A stretch of DNA of 64,000 nucleotides from contig JAUYAM010000002.1 of the NCBI GenBank assembly GCA_030693425.1, forward strand, positions 320,632 through 384,631. The letters run 5' to 3'. Numbering within the stretch: position 1 is the first letter of the stretch; each line of letters opens with the position of its first letter. The notes below the pieces were generated by a model. That model was given only the letters and a program-made list of their open reading frames with translations. It was not told the DNA's origin and ran no database searches. Positions 1-8,929 of the stretch are shown one piece after another. Source of the stretch: a bacterium (GTDB lineage: Bacteria; Patescibacteriota; Minisyncoccia; Minisyncoccales; GWA2-46-15). Position numbers and translations under genes: made by a program.

Positions 1-683
1 CTATGACTAATAAACCCAGAAAATCCCAGTCGGACAAGATCTAAAAACCCGTAGCGGGTCTTGCCGGACTTTCTTTTACCGGCCGCAAAGAAAATATAGT
101 CCCTTTTAAAACCCAGCCAATCAATCAAGCCCCTGGCAATTCTCCCTTTCTCAGTGAAGCGGTTAAATTCTCTAACTACTGTCTGGTCGAGTAAGCGGAA
201 ATCTGTTTCTCCGGAAATAATCTTAGTTTCGCCAATCAAATCCATGATTTTGTAAAACAACCAAGAGCCGGCTTTTCTGACCAAGTTTTGGTCATCGCTT
301 TTTTCCCTGACGCCGATGACCACCTCTATCCCGCTTTCCCACTTGGAAATAAATTCGGGGATTATTTCTGGCGGATGCTCCAAGTCTGCGTCGAGAGTCA
401 GAACTGCCTGACCTTTAGCACAGCCGAGGCCTGCGGTCAAAGCGATTTCCTTGCCAAAGTTGCGCGAAAACTCAATGTATTTTACCCGAGAGTCAGAAGC
501 AGATAACTTCTCCAGAACTTCGGCTGAGTTATCAGTACTGCCGTCATTGACAAAGATGACCTCAAAATCATATCTATCTTCCAGGCTACTCGTAGTTTTT
601 GACAATGACTGATAAAACAAAGGCAAGTTTTTTTCCTCGTTGTAGACCGGAACAATGATTGAAATTAGTTTTTTATCTGGCAT
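1..683 (-). CDS. Family 2 glycosyltransferase (GT-A fold); 3' end runs off the window
   Basis: Absent from the ORF track because no stop lies in the window. Own translation from ATG 683-681: MPDKKLISIIVPVYNEEKNLPLFYQSL...VIFVNDGSTDNSAEVL...LTLDADLEHPPE. IVPVYNEE, NDGSTD and the DxD motif are GT2 hallmarks. The frame stays open to position 3. Confidence 0.85.
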   Translation of the reverse strand, partial: MPDKKLISIIVPVYNEEKNLPLFYQSLSKTTSSLEDRYDFEVIFVNDGSTDNSAEVLEKLSASDSRVKYIEFSRNFGKEIALTAGLGCAKGQAVLTLDADLEHPPEIIPEFISKWESGIEVVIGVREKSDDQNLVRKAGSWLFYKIMDLIGETKIISGETDFRLLDQTVVREFNRFTEKGRIARGLIDWLGFKRDYIFFAAGKRKSGKTRYGFLDLVRLGFSGFISH

Positions 684-770
684 TTCTTCATCCTAACACT
701 CCAAAAGGCCCGGCGCAAACAAAAAAGCCGCTCAAAAGCCGAACGGTTAAATCGCCGAAATGGCGATTTT

Positions 771-1490
771 CTATCTCAGCCCAGAAAAGATGCCGCAAGC
801 GCCGGACAGCAGAACGATTGCCATCGCCAGAAATCTGAACAATTTTTGAGGCAGCTTTTCAGATATCATATTCCCAAAGAAAGCGCCTAAAATCACAAAA
901 GGAGCGGCGATCAGGCCGAGAACCGCTCCCTGGGAATTGACTATTTGATTTGCAAAGAAAAGAAGAAGGGAAACTATTCCTATTGAAAGAAAAAATGCGG
1001 TCAGCGTTTTGCGAAACTCGTCTTTGGGAATGTCCTGGCCCATCAGCAGAAGAACGACCGGAGGGCCGCTCATGTTGGTGCTGGTGCTCAAAAGGCCGCT
1101 GAAAAATCCGGCAACTGACGTTAAGAAAACACTTTTGGGCAATCTAATTTTTCCAGAGCAAACAGCCAGAACAAAGAAAATCGCCAGGCTGCCGACCAAA
1201 ACCTTCATTATTTCCATTGGGATGACTTTTAAAATCCAGATCCCGATTGGCATGCCGGCCAAGCTTGATAAAAAGAGGATGGCTCCCAGCCTTAAGTTTG
1301 CCTTTCCGGGAATTTTCCTGATTAAAAACCCGCCTAAAACAATATTGGCGATAGCCATAGAGGAAATAGCCGGTTCCTTGGCCAGAAAGGTCAGTATCAA
1401 GGGCATGGCAATTAAGTTGGAGCCAAAACCAACGGTTCCCCCAACCAGACTGGCTAAAATGACTATGATTATAAAAAAGAAGATTTCCAT
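771..1490 (-). CDS. TauE/SafE (DUF81) family membrane exporter
   Basis: Multi-TM protein. The likely true start is the internal MEIFFFIIIVILASLVGGTVGFGSNLIAMP; a Gly-rich first helix and a repeated 4-TM layout are typical of TauE. The upstream 29 codons of the track ORF look non-coding. Confidence 0.7.
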   Translation of the reverse strand: MEIFFFIIIVILASLVGGTVGFGSNLIAMPLILTFLAKEPAISSMAIANIVLGGFLIRKIPGKANLRLGAILFLSSLAGMPIGIWILKVIPMEIMKVLVGSLAIFFVLAVCSGKIRLPKSVFLTSVAGFFSGLLSTSTNMSGPPVVLLLMGQDIPKDEFRKTLTAFFLSIGIVSLLLFFANQIVNSQGAVLGLIAAPFVILGAFFGNMISEKLPQKLFRFLAMAIVLLSGACGIFSGLR

Positions 1491-1654
1491 CTTCCTAAAC
1501 GAAATGGCGGAATTAAGCCTCGATCCTTGAAAAAAGATAACTGCCAATGGCCAAGAAAACCATGGGCAAAAAGGCAAACGTGGGAGGTCGGACCTCCTTT
1601 GTTTTTTTTAAATCGCCGAAATGGCGATTTATCTGATTTCAGTTTTAAGATAAA

Positions 1655-2818
1655 TTATTTAATATTTTTCTTGCCAGCTAAAGCTTTAAGCAATTTCTCA
1701 ACCCGGTCGGTCTTTTCCCAAGAAAATCCTGTTCGGCCAAAGTGGCCATAGCAGGCGGTTCTTTCGTAAATCGGATGCAGCAAATCAAGCTCCCTGATTA
1801 TGCCGCCAGGCGAAAGGTCAAAAACCTTTAAAACAGCTTTTGTCAGCTTTTCCTCGGACACTTTGCCAGTTCCGAAAGTCTCAAGGCTTGTTTCTGTGGG
1901 TTTTGTCCCACCGATAACATAGGCTAACCTAACTTGGCATTTTTCTGCCAGCCCCGCTGCCACTATGTTTTTGGCAACGTACCTGGCCATGTAGGCTCCC
2001 GATCTATCAACCTTGGTCGGGTCTTTGCCGGAGAACGAACCTCCGCCGACAGGAACGCCAATGCCATAGCTGTCAACCGCGGTTTTTCTGCCAGTCATGC
2101 CGGTGTCAGAAACCGGGCCGCCGATGACAAACCTGCCAGTGTTGTTTATAAAAAACTTTGTCCTGCTGTCTAAATACTTTTTGCAAACCGGTTTTATCAC
2201 TTTATCGATAATGTCTTTTTTAAGCTTTTCTGATGAAACGTCTGGATCATGCTGGGCAGCAATAACGACATTGTTCAGCCTTTTAGCCCGGCCGTTTTCA
2301 TACTCAAAAGTCACCTGGGATTTTCCGTCCGGCCTCAAATAGGATAGAATCTTTTTTTGGCGGGCTTCAGCCAGCCTCCTGACAAGTTTATGGGCTGTCA
2401 TTATCGGCAAGGGCATTAACTCCGGAGTCTCTGAACAGGCGTAACCGACATTTGAACCTTGATCACCAGCTCCCTGTTTTCTGCTGGCGGTTTTTTTCAC
2501 CCCTAAAGCGATGTCGGGCGACTGCTTGTTGATGGTATTTAGAACGGCGACGGTATGGCCGTCAAATCCGTATTCCGGCTTATCGTAGCCGATACCAAGA
2601 ATGACCCTTCTGACGATTTCGTTAATATTGACCCAGGTCTTGGTGGTGATTTCGCCGCCGACAATGACATATCCCCGACTGACAAAAACCTCGCAGGCAA
2701 CCCTGGCGTGTTTGTCGTCTTTTATAATCGAGTCAAGAATGGCGTCGGCAATCTGGTCAGCCACTTTGTCTACGTGGCCGGGAGCGACAGACTCCGACGT
2801 CAATAAGTGTTTTTTCAT
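1655..2818 (-). CDS. metK: S-adenosylmethionine synthetase
   Basis: [40 protein letters not shown] and [34 protein letters not shown] are canonical MetK motifs. The track start at 2827 is TTG; ATG at 2818 is preferred. Confidence 0.95.
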   Translation of the reverse strand: MKKHLLTSESVAPGHVDKVADQIADAILDSIIKDDKHARVACEVFVSRGYVIVGGEITTKTWVNINEIVRRVILGIGYDKPEYGFDGHTVAVLNTINKQSPDIALGVKKTASRKQGAGDQGSNVGYACSETPELMPLPIMTAHKLVRRLAEARQKKILSYLRPDGKSQVTFEYENGRAKRLNNVVIAAQHDPDVSSEKLKKDIIDKVIKPVCKKYLDSRTKFFINNTGRFVIGGPVSDTGMTGRKTAVDSYGIGVPVGGGSFSGKDPTKVDRSGAYMARYVAKNIVAAGLAEKCQVRLAYVIGGTKPTETSLETFGTGKVSEEKLTKAVLKVFDLSPGGIIRELDLLHPIYERTACYGHFGRTGFSWEKTDRVEKLLKALAGKKNIK

Positions 2819-2845
2819 GTTGAACAATTATTTTTACGTTCTCTC

Positions 2846-2892
2846 ATTATAGCGGACTAACGTCCGACATATCGAGCATTTCGCTCATTATA
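2846..2892 (-). promoter_or_regulatory. Duplicated gcTATAATgag boxes upstream of metK (candidate tandem -10 elements)
   Basis: Minus-strand TATAAT at 2851-2846 and 2892-2887, each inside the same 11-mer gctataatgag. Small hairpins (gagc-gaaat-gctc, cggac-gtta-gtccg) lie between them. Confidence 0.35.
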
Positions 2893-2939
2893 GCAAAAGC
2901 TTGTCTTTTGGCGAGACTTCTTTTGCCGAGAAATCATCC

Positions 2940-3731
2940 TTATTTCCTGTCGTCATACAAGAATTCATAGTAAGACAGGGCGGCCGAGCTGAACAAAATC
3001 ACGAAAAAGACAAATTCCTCTATTGGAAATCTCTGGCCAAAGACATTAATCCAGCCGACAAAATCAGGTCCCGGAAATTCCCAGTGGTGAAGAGTCAGCC
3101 CTGTCAGTTCAAAAACAATAAGCAGTAAAAAGAAGAGTATTCCTGCTTTGAAAAACTTAGAAATTAGTTTTGGATAGAGGATTATGAAAAGAAGCATTGG
3201 CGCCAAAGCAAAGACAGCGCCTATGACGAAATAAAAATATGGCACATATAATAACCTTGGTTTCAGATAAATGAGGAGAATGCTAAAAATCGCAGAAAGA
3301 GCCAAGAATAATAGGCAATATTTTAATGGCTTCTTTATGAGAAAGAGATTCTTTCCCTCGTCTAAAAAATACTCGTAAACAAGGATTAACAGATAAACCA
3401 TCAAAAAAGCCCAGATTAAGTCTTCTAGGGGGATAATCTGAAAGAGACGAAAAGGAAAAACAGTCTCGGGCACAATCCAGGCCCCGCTAGAAACAGCCAA
3501 AATATCTACAGTGACTGCTGGGATTAAGCATAAAGAAGCGAAAACAAGGGCTTTTTTAATCTGTCCCTTACTCACCCTTAAAGACAAATAAGCAGCCGGG
3601 ATCCCGAAAAAGAAGAGCGTGGATAGTAAATAGGAAACATTTAAGCCCAGGGAAAGGAATCTGGCTATGACAAGAAAAAAGCAGAGCAATAATAAATCTC
3701 TCCTTCTTTTATTTAAAAACTTAGTCGACAT
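2940..3731 (-). CDS. Membrane protein with two lycopene-cyclase-type (CrtYc/CrtYd-like) domains
   Basis: Polytopic. It carries two copies of the W..(5-15)..P(L/I)E(E/D) motif: AWIVPETVFPFRLFQIIPLEDLIWAF and HHWEFPGPDFVGWINVFGQRFPIEEFVFF. Confidence 0.55.
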   Translation of the reverse strand: MSTKFLNKRRRDLLLLCFFLVIARFLSLGLNVSYLLSTLFFFGIPAAYLSLRVSKGQIKKALVFASLCLIPAVTVDILAVSSGAWIVPETVFPFRLFQIIPLEDLIWAFLMVYLLILVYEYFLDEGKNLFLIKKPLKYCLLFLALSAIFSILLIYLKPRLLYVPYFYFVIGAVFALAPMLLFIILYPKLISKFFKAGILFFLLLIVFELTGLTLHHWEFPGPDFVGWINVFGQRFPIEEFVFFVILFSSAALSYYEFLYDDRK

Positions 3732-3756
3732 TTGGCTTTACTGTTTAAGTTTGTTT

Positions 3757-4620
3757 CTAGCTCCCCAATAAGAGCTTGGCTTCTCTTATTATAGAATAAA
3801 GATGCTTTGGCGATAGTTTCAGTCTTCTTGAAAATGTCTCCGGGTCTGTCTTTAAAAGATCTTCAACCAGCATAATGTTTCTGGAAACAAGAACATCTTT
3901 TAAATAGCCTTTTAACGAAGACAAGATGGTCAAGGGATAAAGGTTTTTCTCCTCTATTAAAGATTCCAAACCCCTGCCCTTTGGGTGCTTCCACCCCAAA
4001 AGCTCAATCCCCTGACAAAAGCAGTAAGCAATTGCCCTGGCAGTAAATTTTTCATTGGTAACCATCATTGGCCTGATTTGACAGCCCTTAAAGCTCCTGC
4101 TCTTGAAATAGGGACCCTTTAAAAGATCCAGAAAACGGGCGTGGTTGGCGAGAACATCGTCAGTATGGACCTTTTCGCCGGCGACATTGCGGTATTTGCA
4201 CTCGCCGACATAAACCAGGTTGTCTTTTTGCGCCAGGAAATCTATTTCATAATCGCCAAGACAAAAACCAGGCAAGTAGAGATTGAGCTCGACTGCAAAA
4301 CCCAGCCTTTTGAAGACCTCTCCGACAAACTTCTCAAAAGGGAAACCGCTCGGCCCCAATCTCCTCATGCCTTCTTTTAAATTGAACCTGACGGCGGCTG
4401 CCGGAGCCTCTCGGTGAAGAAAGTTTTCAACTCTTTGGAAAATCTCTGAGGTTTTCATTCCCGGATAGGCTTCCGTTTCAATCGCCTCAACTATCTGCTG
4501 AGCCAGTTTTCTCGAAGCTCCAACCCGCCTGGCAGATCTGTATACTTTCTGCGGGGAAAAGGACTCTTTGTCTCCGCCAGAGTTTAAAACATATAGATTT
4601 CCCATGTGTTTTTCTTCCAT
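3757..4620 (-). CDS. ATP-cone domain protein fused to a PD-(D/E)xK (restriction-endonuclease-like) domain
   Basis: N-terminus LYVLNSGGDKESFSPQKVYRSARRVGAS...IVEAIE resembles an ATP-cone. The middle has GDYEIDFLAQKDNLVYVGECKYRN, a D...ExK nuclease-type motif. Confidence 0.6.
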   Translation of the reverse strand: MEEKHMGNLYVLNSGGDKESFSPQKVYRSARRVGASRKLAQQIVEAIETEAYPGMKTSEIFQRVENFLHREAPAAAVRFNLKEGMRRLGPSGFPFEKFVGEVFKRLGFAVELNLYLPGFCLGDYEIDFLAQKDNLVYVGECKYRNVAGEKVHTDDVLANHARFLDLLKGPYFKSRSFKGCQIRPMMVTNEKFTARAIAYCFCQGIELLGWKHPKGRGLESLIEEKNLYPLTILSSLKGYLKDVLVSRNIMLVEDLLKTDPETFSRRLKLSPKHLYSIIREAKLLLGS

Positions 4621-4629
4621 ATTAACTTC

Positions 4630-4635
4630 ATTGTA
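4630..4635 (-). promoter_or_regulatory. -10 box TACAAT directly after a T-tract
   Basis: Minus strand reads ggcgccgttttttagTACAATgaagttaatATG, with 9 nt between the box and ATG 4620. Confidence 0.35.
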
Positions 4636-4720
4636 CTAAAAAACGGCGCCTTTGACGACTCCACGCCGAGCTTGACGGCCACCAAGAACGTGCTAACATC
4701 AGTCTTATTGGGAAAAGAAA

Positions 4721-5755
4721 ATGACAGACTCAAATCCGTCCGATAAAAACAGTGACGAGCCTCCGAGTACCAGTTTTGCCTCCTTAAACGGGAAGATTTC
4801 CTTAAAAAAACCTGAAGATCAGACCGGTCCTTTTTCTGTTCAAGAGCCGGTTTTTTTGGTTACCGAAGTCGTCTCCGATATCGAGGAATGCCACTCTCTT
4901 TTCGAACAATTCAGCCTAAAAGCCAACCTTTTTGACACCTGGGAGTTCAGATACGCCTTTTACAGGGCCTACAAATTCAAGCCCTATTTTCTCCTTCTGA
5001 AAAACAACTTTGGAAACCTGGCTCTTCTGCCTCTCTGGTACGACGAGGACAAAAAAAGGTATACCTGGTTCGGCAGCGACTGGCAGGAGGAAATCAGCTT
5101 TTTTGCCAGAAACTTAAATCTCGTCCCTACCCTTCTCTCGGCCGCCCCCTCGCCTCTTTTCTTGAACGCCATTTCGAGAAGGCCGGTGGAACCGTTAATG
5201 GCAAGCATTAATTTTACCGAAGACTTGCCAAAGTACATCCTCAATTTGGAGAATTTTGGCAGCCACGAAGATTTCCTGATGACCCTAAAGAAGAACCGCC
5301 GGCACGACCTGAGGAAAGACCGAAGGAGAATTGAAAGACAGAATCCGGAAATCGTCATCAATAACTTTGATGACATAGACCAGTTGGTTTCCCTGTCAAA
5401 GGAAAGATTCAAGGACAAAGGGAAAAAAACCGACTGGGAAGATCCAAGAAGAATACAAGCTTTCAAAGAAGTGATAAACCTGGGGGGCCGGTCCTACGAA
5501 ACGAGAATGATCACCATAAACATCAAGGGGGTGACCGCCGGAGTCGACCTGATCTGCCTTTACCAAGATACCTATTTTGCCGTCAAGTGCGGCTATAACG
5601 TTAAAAATTTTTCCGGAATCGGGAACTTCATGAACGTCATTGAGATAGACGACGCCATCAAGCTCGGCATGAAAAAGATTGATTTCCTCCAGAACAATTA
5701 CGAGTGGAAAGAGAGATGGTTCGAACAAGTTCCCCTAGTCCAGTATAAAAAGTAA
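4721..5755 (+). CDS. GNAT-fold acetyltransferase, BioF2/CelD/FemAB-like
   Basis: Disordered N-terminus, then a domain ending GVDLICLYQDTYFAVKCGYNVKNFSGIGNFMNVIEIDDAIKLGMKKIDFLQ, typical of the Acetyltransf_6-type family. This is motif-level recognition only. Confidence 0.5.
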   Translation: MTDSNPSDKNSDEPPSTSFASLNGKISLKKPEDQTGPFSVQEPVFLVTEVVSDIEECHSLFEQFSLKANLFDTWEFRYAFYRAYKFKPYFLLLKNNFGNLALLPLWYDEDKKRYTWFGSDWQEEISFFARNLNLVPTLLSAAPSPLFLNAISRRPVEPLMASINFTEDLPKYILNLENFGSHEDFLMTLKKNRRHDLRKDRRRIERQNPEIVINNFDDIDQLVSLSKERFKDKGKKTDWEDPRRIQAFKEVINLGGRSYETRMITINIKGVTAGVDLICLYQDTYFAVKCGYNVKNFSGIGNFMNVIEIDDAIKLGMKKIDFLQNNYEWKERWFEQVPLVQYKK

Positions 5756-5766
5756 AGGACTTCATT

Positions 5767-6219
5767 ATGGCTCTTAACATCAAATTGAGAAAATTCAGGA
5801 TTTCAGACCTAGACCGCATCCTGAGAATAGAGAAATCGTCATTTTCTAGCGTCGACGCCTATTCAAAAAGGAGATTCCAATGCCTTTACCGAAAACACCC
5901 TCAAGACTTCATCGTCGCCGAAAAGGTGAACGAGATTGTCGGCTACATCATCGCTTACGGCAAAAAAGGCTTCGTCGACTTCAACTCGATAGCCGTAGAC
6001 AAAAGTCACCGGAATCTGGGAATCGGCAGTCTTTTGATCAATTCCGTTTTCAAACGTTTTAGAAACCGTGGTTTCAAAAAAGCTCTTCTTGAAGTCAGAA
6101 TGACAAACAGAAAAGCCATGTCTTTTTATAAAAAGATTGGTTTTAAGATCAAAAAAACCATAAAAAAGTTCTACAAAGACGGGCAAGGCGCCTATCGGAT
6201 GGAAAAATCTTTGTCTTAG
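5767..6219 (+). CDS. GNAT N-acetyltransferase, RimI-like
   Basis: 150 aa. IAVDKSHRNLGIGSLLINSVFKRFRNRGFKKALLEVRMTNRKAMSFYKKIGF is the acetyl-CoA binding R/Q-x-x-G-x-G/A motif region. Confidence 0.75.
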   Translation: MALNIKLRKFRISDLDRILRIEKSSFSSVDAYSKRRFQCLYRKHPQDFIVAEKVNEIVGYIIAYGKKGFVDFNSIAVDKSHRNLGIGSLLINSVFKRFRNRGFKKALLEVRMTNRKAMSFYKKIGFKIKKTIKKFYKDGQGAYRMEKSLS

Positions 6220-6860
6220 ACGGCTCTCATCGCCGAGGCTTTCCTGCCCCTCTGATCGATAATAATCAGGGCATGAAAGTCCTGATAAATGTCTGTGCTT
6301 TTAGGCAAACTCTTTTCAAAGAGTTCTTTCAGATAATCGTAAGTCAGTGTTTTTGACAGCTTCAGCTCCCCTGCCAACCTTTTAGTGTACTCGTCAATGA
6401 CAAAAGAGGGTTTGTCCATTGCATAGAGAAGAATCGTATCAGCCGTCTCGGGACCAATGCCGTAAAGATTAAGCAGCTTTTCTCTTGCAGCTTTCAAATC
6501 TTCTCTGATAAAGTTTTTTAAACTCCCGCACTCCTTAGCGATAAAACGGGCCAGGCCAAAGAGACGTTTCGGTTTTGTCTGATAAAAGCCGGCTGGCCTT
6601 ATCAATTCTTTCAAAACATCAAGGTCTTTTAAAGAAGCGATCTTTTCCAAAGAAAGAAGCCTGGCTTTTTTAAGATTTTTTAGAGCCAGATCAGCATTAT
6701 GCCAGCTTGTTCTTTGGGCCAGGATCGCCCCGATGGCAATAATCTCTCTCAACCTTGAACCTTTCTTATCCGCGCACCATTGAGGCCATAAACTTTTAGG
6801 ATCGCCGTGTTTCCCGCAAAGCTCCAGATAAAGCCGGTAAATCCTGTTTAAAGCCATCAT
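6216..6860 (-). CDS. HhH-GPD superfamily base-excision glycosylase (endonuclease III-like)
   Basis: ILAQRTSWHNADLALKNL plus the helix-hairpin-helix LYGIGPETADTILLYAMDKPSFVIDEYTKR. No C-terminal 4-Cys cluster is visible. Confidence 0.75.
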   Translation of the reverse strand: MMALNRIYRLYLELCGKHGDPKSLWPQWCADKKGSRLREIIAIGAILAQRTSWHNADLALKNLKKARLLSLEKIASLKDLDVLKELIRPAGFYQTKPKRLFGLARFIAKECGSLKNFIREDLKAAREKLLNLYGIGPETADTILLYAMDKPSFVIDEYTKRLAGELKLSKTLTYDYLKELFEKSLPKSTDIYQDFHALIIIDQRGRKASAMRAV

Positions 6861-6867
6861 AAATAAG

Positions 6868-7713
6868 CTAAAAAGTTAAGCATAGGACTCCGATAAAAAC
6901 GACCAAGAGGCCAACAATTTTTTGCCACAGCCTTTCTTTTTCCTTAAGAATGAAAATTCCTGCTAAAACCGAAAGGATCAAAGAAATATTCTGGACCGGC
7001 AAAACCCTGGAAGCTTCGCCTACCTGAAGGGCCTTTATAAAGAAAAATATCCCCAGGCAGAAAGACAATCCGGTCAGAACGACCGTCCATTTCTGGAGCT
7101 TCAGCTCGTCCTTGATTCTCTTGACTCTGTTTGGCATAAAGCAGAAAATCCAGAAAGAAGTAATCAGAAAAGTGAAGGTTTTGTAGAGAGCCGGCGAGAA
7201 AACATTACCGACCATGTATTTATCGATCAGGGAGCTGACCGTAAAAAGCAGAGTGGCCAAGAAAAGGAGCTTTAATCCCCTCGACAGCTTGATTCCCTGG
7301 CCCTGCCAGAGAGCGACGATATTGCCGGCGGCAATCAAACAGACGCCGGCTATCTTGTTTAATAAAAGGGATTCTCTGAAGAATATCGCCCCTCCGAAAA
7401 GAGACCAGACCAGCCCTGCCTGGACCACCATCGAAACTGTTGAAACTTCCTCCATCTGCCTTGCCTTGATGAAAAGAATATCGGTAACGGCATAGATTAG
7501 AGTGACAAAAATGATAAAGACAAGAAGATTGAGGTCCAATCGATAATATTTTTGTTCAAGGAAAACGATCGGAATCAGAAAAAATGCCGACAGGAAATCA
7601 ATGAGAAAGACAAAGGCAACGGCGTCGCCCTTCCCTTTGAGAAAAACCCTTGCCAAAACCGAAAAGACGCTTATGAAGACAGCTGAAAGAAGCGCGTAGA
7701 AAAACCAGTTCAT
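6868..7713 (-). CDS. EamA/DMT family transporter
   Basis: 281 aa with about 10 TM helices arranged as two 5-TM halves. Confidence 0.75.
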   Translation of the reverse strand: MNWFFYALLSAVFISVFSVLARVFLKGKGDAVAFVFLIDFLSAFFLIPIVFLEQKYYRLDLNLLVFIIFVTLIYAVTDILFIKARQMEEVSTVSMVVQAGLVWSLFGGAIFFRESLLLNKIAGVCLIAAGNIVALWQGQGIKLSRGLKLLFLATLLFTVSSLIDKYMVGNVFSPALYKTFTFLITSFWIFCFMPNRVKRIKDELKLQKWTVVLTGLSFCLGIFFFIKALQVGEASRVLPVQNISLILSVLAGIFILKEKERLWQKIVGLLVVFIGVLCLTF

Positions 7714-7716
7714 GTC

Positions 7717-8421
7717 TTAGAATTTAGCCTCTGGATTATCTTTATCCAGCATAAATTGAGTAATCACGCCGCTGCAATAATGCCCGATTAACTCCTTCAG
7801 TTCTCCTAGAATCTGCCCTATTTCTTCTTTGGCGACCGGCGGCAGTCCCTCTACCACCAAAACGGCATTTTTGGTCTCTTCCGTAAATTTTGTCCTGTCT
7901 GCCTCCCGCCAGTTAAACCTTCTGCAAATTGCCGAAACTTCATCCTTATAAATGACTTCCCCTCTATGGGGAGATTTTTCTTCTTTATCTCCTAAGAGCA
8001 AAACCTGGGGCTCGCTTTCTCCGGCAATAGTCAGATGAACGTCGCCTTTTATCTTGTCCAGATCCTCTCCGCCGGCAGGGACCATATATTTGATGGAAAT
8101 GTAATTATAGATATCGACTATCTTGTTTATGTGCCTGACCGCTTCCCCTTTGAGTATTCTCCTGTAAAGGCTTTCTACAGAACTGTTGTAATCTTTCGGC
8201 TTTGCCCCAAAGCTCCTATACGCCTCACGCCAGACGCCTATCCTCGGATTTTCAGACAGGGCCTCTAGACCAAACTGCGAATTAATTCTTGAACTTTCTT
8301 TTACGATCATCTCGGCCAGCTCTTGAGAGCTTCCTCGGTTGTCTGTATTCTTTAAAACCAAAATCCCCAGGCTTAGCTGGGGGAACCTTTTAAAAATCGC
8401 TTTGTTTACCATCAGCTTCAT
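7717..8421 (-). CDS. B3/B4 tRNA-binding domain protein (PheT-related)
   Basis: FPQLSLGILVLKNTDN, GVWREAYRSFGAKPKDYNSSVESLYRRILKG and INKIVDIYNYISIKYMVPAGGEDLD match the stand-alone B3_4 family. Confidence 0.7.
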   Translation of the reverse strand: MKLMVNKAIFKRFPQLSLGILVLKNTDNRGSSQELAEMIVKESSRINSQFGLEALSENPRIGVWREAYRSFGAKPKDYNSSVESLYRRILKGEAVRHINKIVDIYNYISIKYMVPAGGEDLDKIKGDVHLTIAGESEPQVLLLGDKEEKSPHRGEVIYKDEVSAICRRFNWREADRTKFTEETKNAVLVVEGLPPVAKEEIGQILGELKELIGHYCSGVITQFMLDKDNPEAKF

Positions 8422-8465
8422 ATTTTCTATCCTACCCCTTCAATTAGTTCAGGGCAAGCAAAAAA

Positions 8466-8503
8466 CCCCGCAGCAGTCCCGCTTTCAGCGGGACGCTACG
8501 GGG
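8466..8503 (-). terminator. Intrinsic terminator hairpin ('cccc-gta...tac-gggg' REP type)
   Basis: Minus strand reads ccccgtagcgtcccgctgaaagcgggactgctgcgggg followed by ttttt. Related hairpins occur at 21770-21812 and 45184-45220. Confidence 0.6.
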
Positions 8504-8870
8504 CAGGCCGCCTCTTTAGCGATTTTCCTGGCTCCGCCCATAGAACGATGTTAGAACCTGTTTGTTGGTGCAATAAAAAATGACACGGTTCTATCAAGGA
8601 CGCAAAAAGAACCGTGTCATTAGAATGCCGTCGATTGTCAAAGACCACTATAGCTTGTTCCTTGCTCCATCGACGCCACTTCGTCAGTATTCGCCATTCG
8701 GTAATGTTCACCAGGGTGCAAACTGCACTCCAGACAAAGAGTCCCCCAGTGGCGAGACAAACGAAGCGTTGAGCCGTCATATGGACACCGTTCGCCCTTT
8801 TGTACAGTGTCGGATAATAGTGAACCTACTAAGGTTACTGTTACCATGGACATACCTCCTTTCCAATTCT
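8504..8870 (-). ncRNA. rnpB: Candidate RNase P RNA (divergent, type-A-like)
   Basis: Minus-strand matches appear in canonical order. GAGGUAUGUCC at 8858-8848 (CR-I GAGGAAAGUCC). AAGGGCGAACGGUG at 8799-8786 (CR-II AGGGUGAAAGGGUG). GGAGCAAGGAACAAGCUAUAG at 8668-8648 (CR-III GGAGCAAGGCCAAAUAGG). UAAUGAC at about 8622-8614. A 12-bp hairpin at 8619-8581. ACAGGUUCUAAC at 8561-8550 (CR-V ACAGAAC...). The region is visibly more GC-rich than flanking DNA and ends at a terminator. P1-P3 pairing was not found. Confidence 0.5.
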
Positions 8871-8929
8871 TATTTACAACGTAAAAAGATTTTTGTCTAG
8901 TCTAGTAGAAACTAAAAACCGCCTCCTTG

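Noticed and set aside
1009-1530. 173-aa plus-strand ORF, with many similar antisense ORFs inside long genes (for example 55409-55744, 57122-57439, 25008-25340)
   Set aside because: Each lies antisense within a gene that has strong motif support, and none has a start context or recognisable motifs.
8496-8900. Three overlapping track ORFs (94, 106 and 71 aa) across the RNase-P-like region
   Set aside because: Mutually overlapping frames on both strands in a locally GC-rich segment fit a structured RNA better. Only the 8638-8853 ORF has an SD, and it is kept as an open alternative in the findings.
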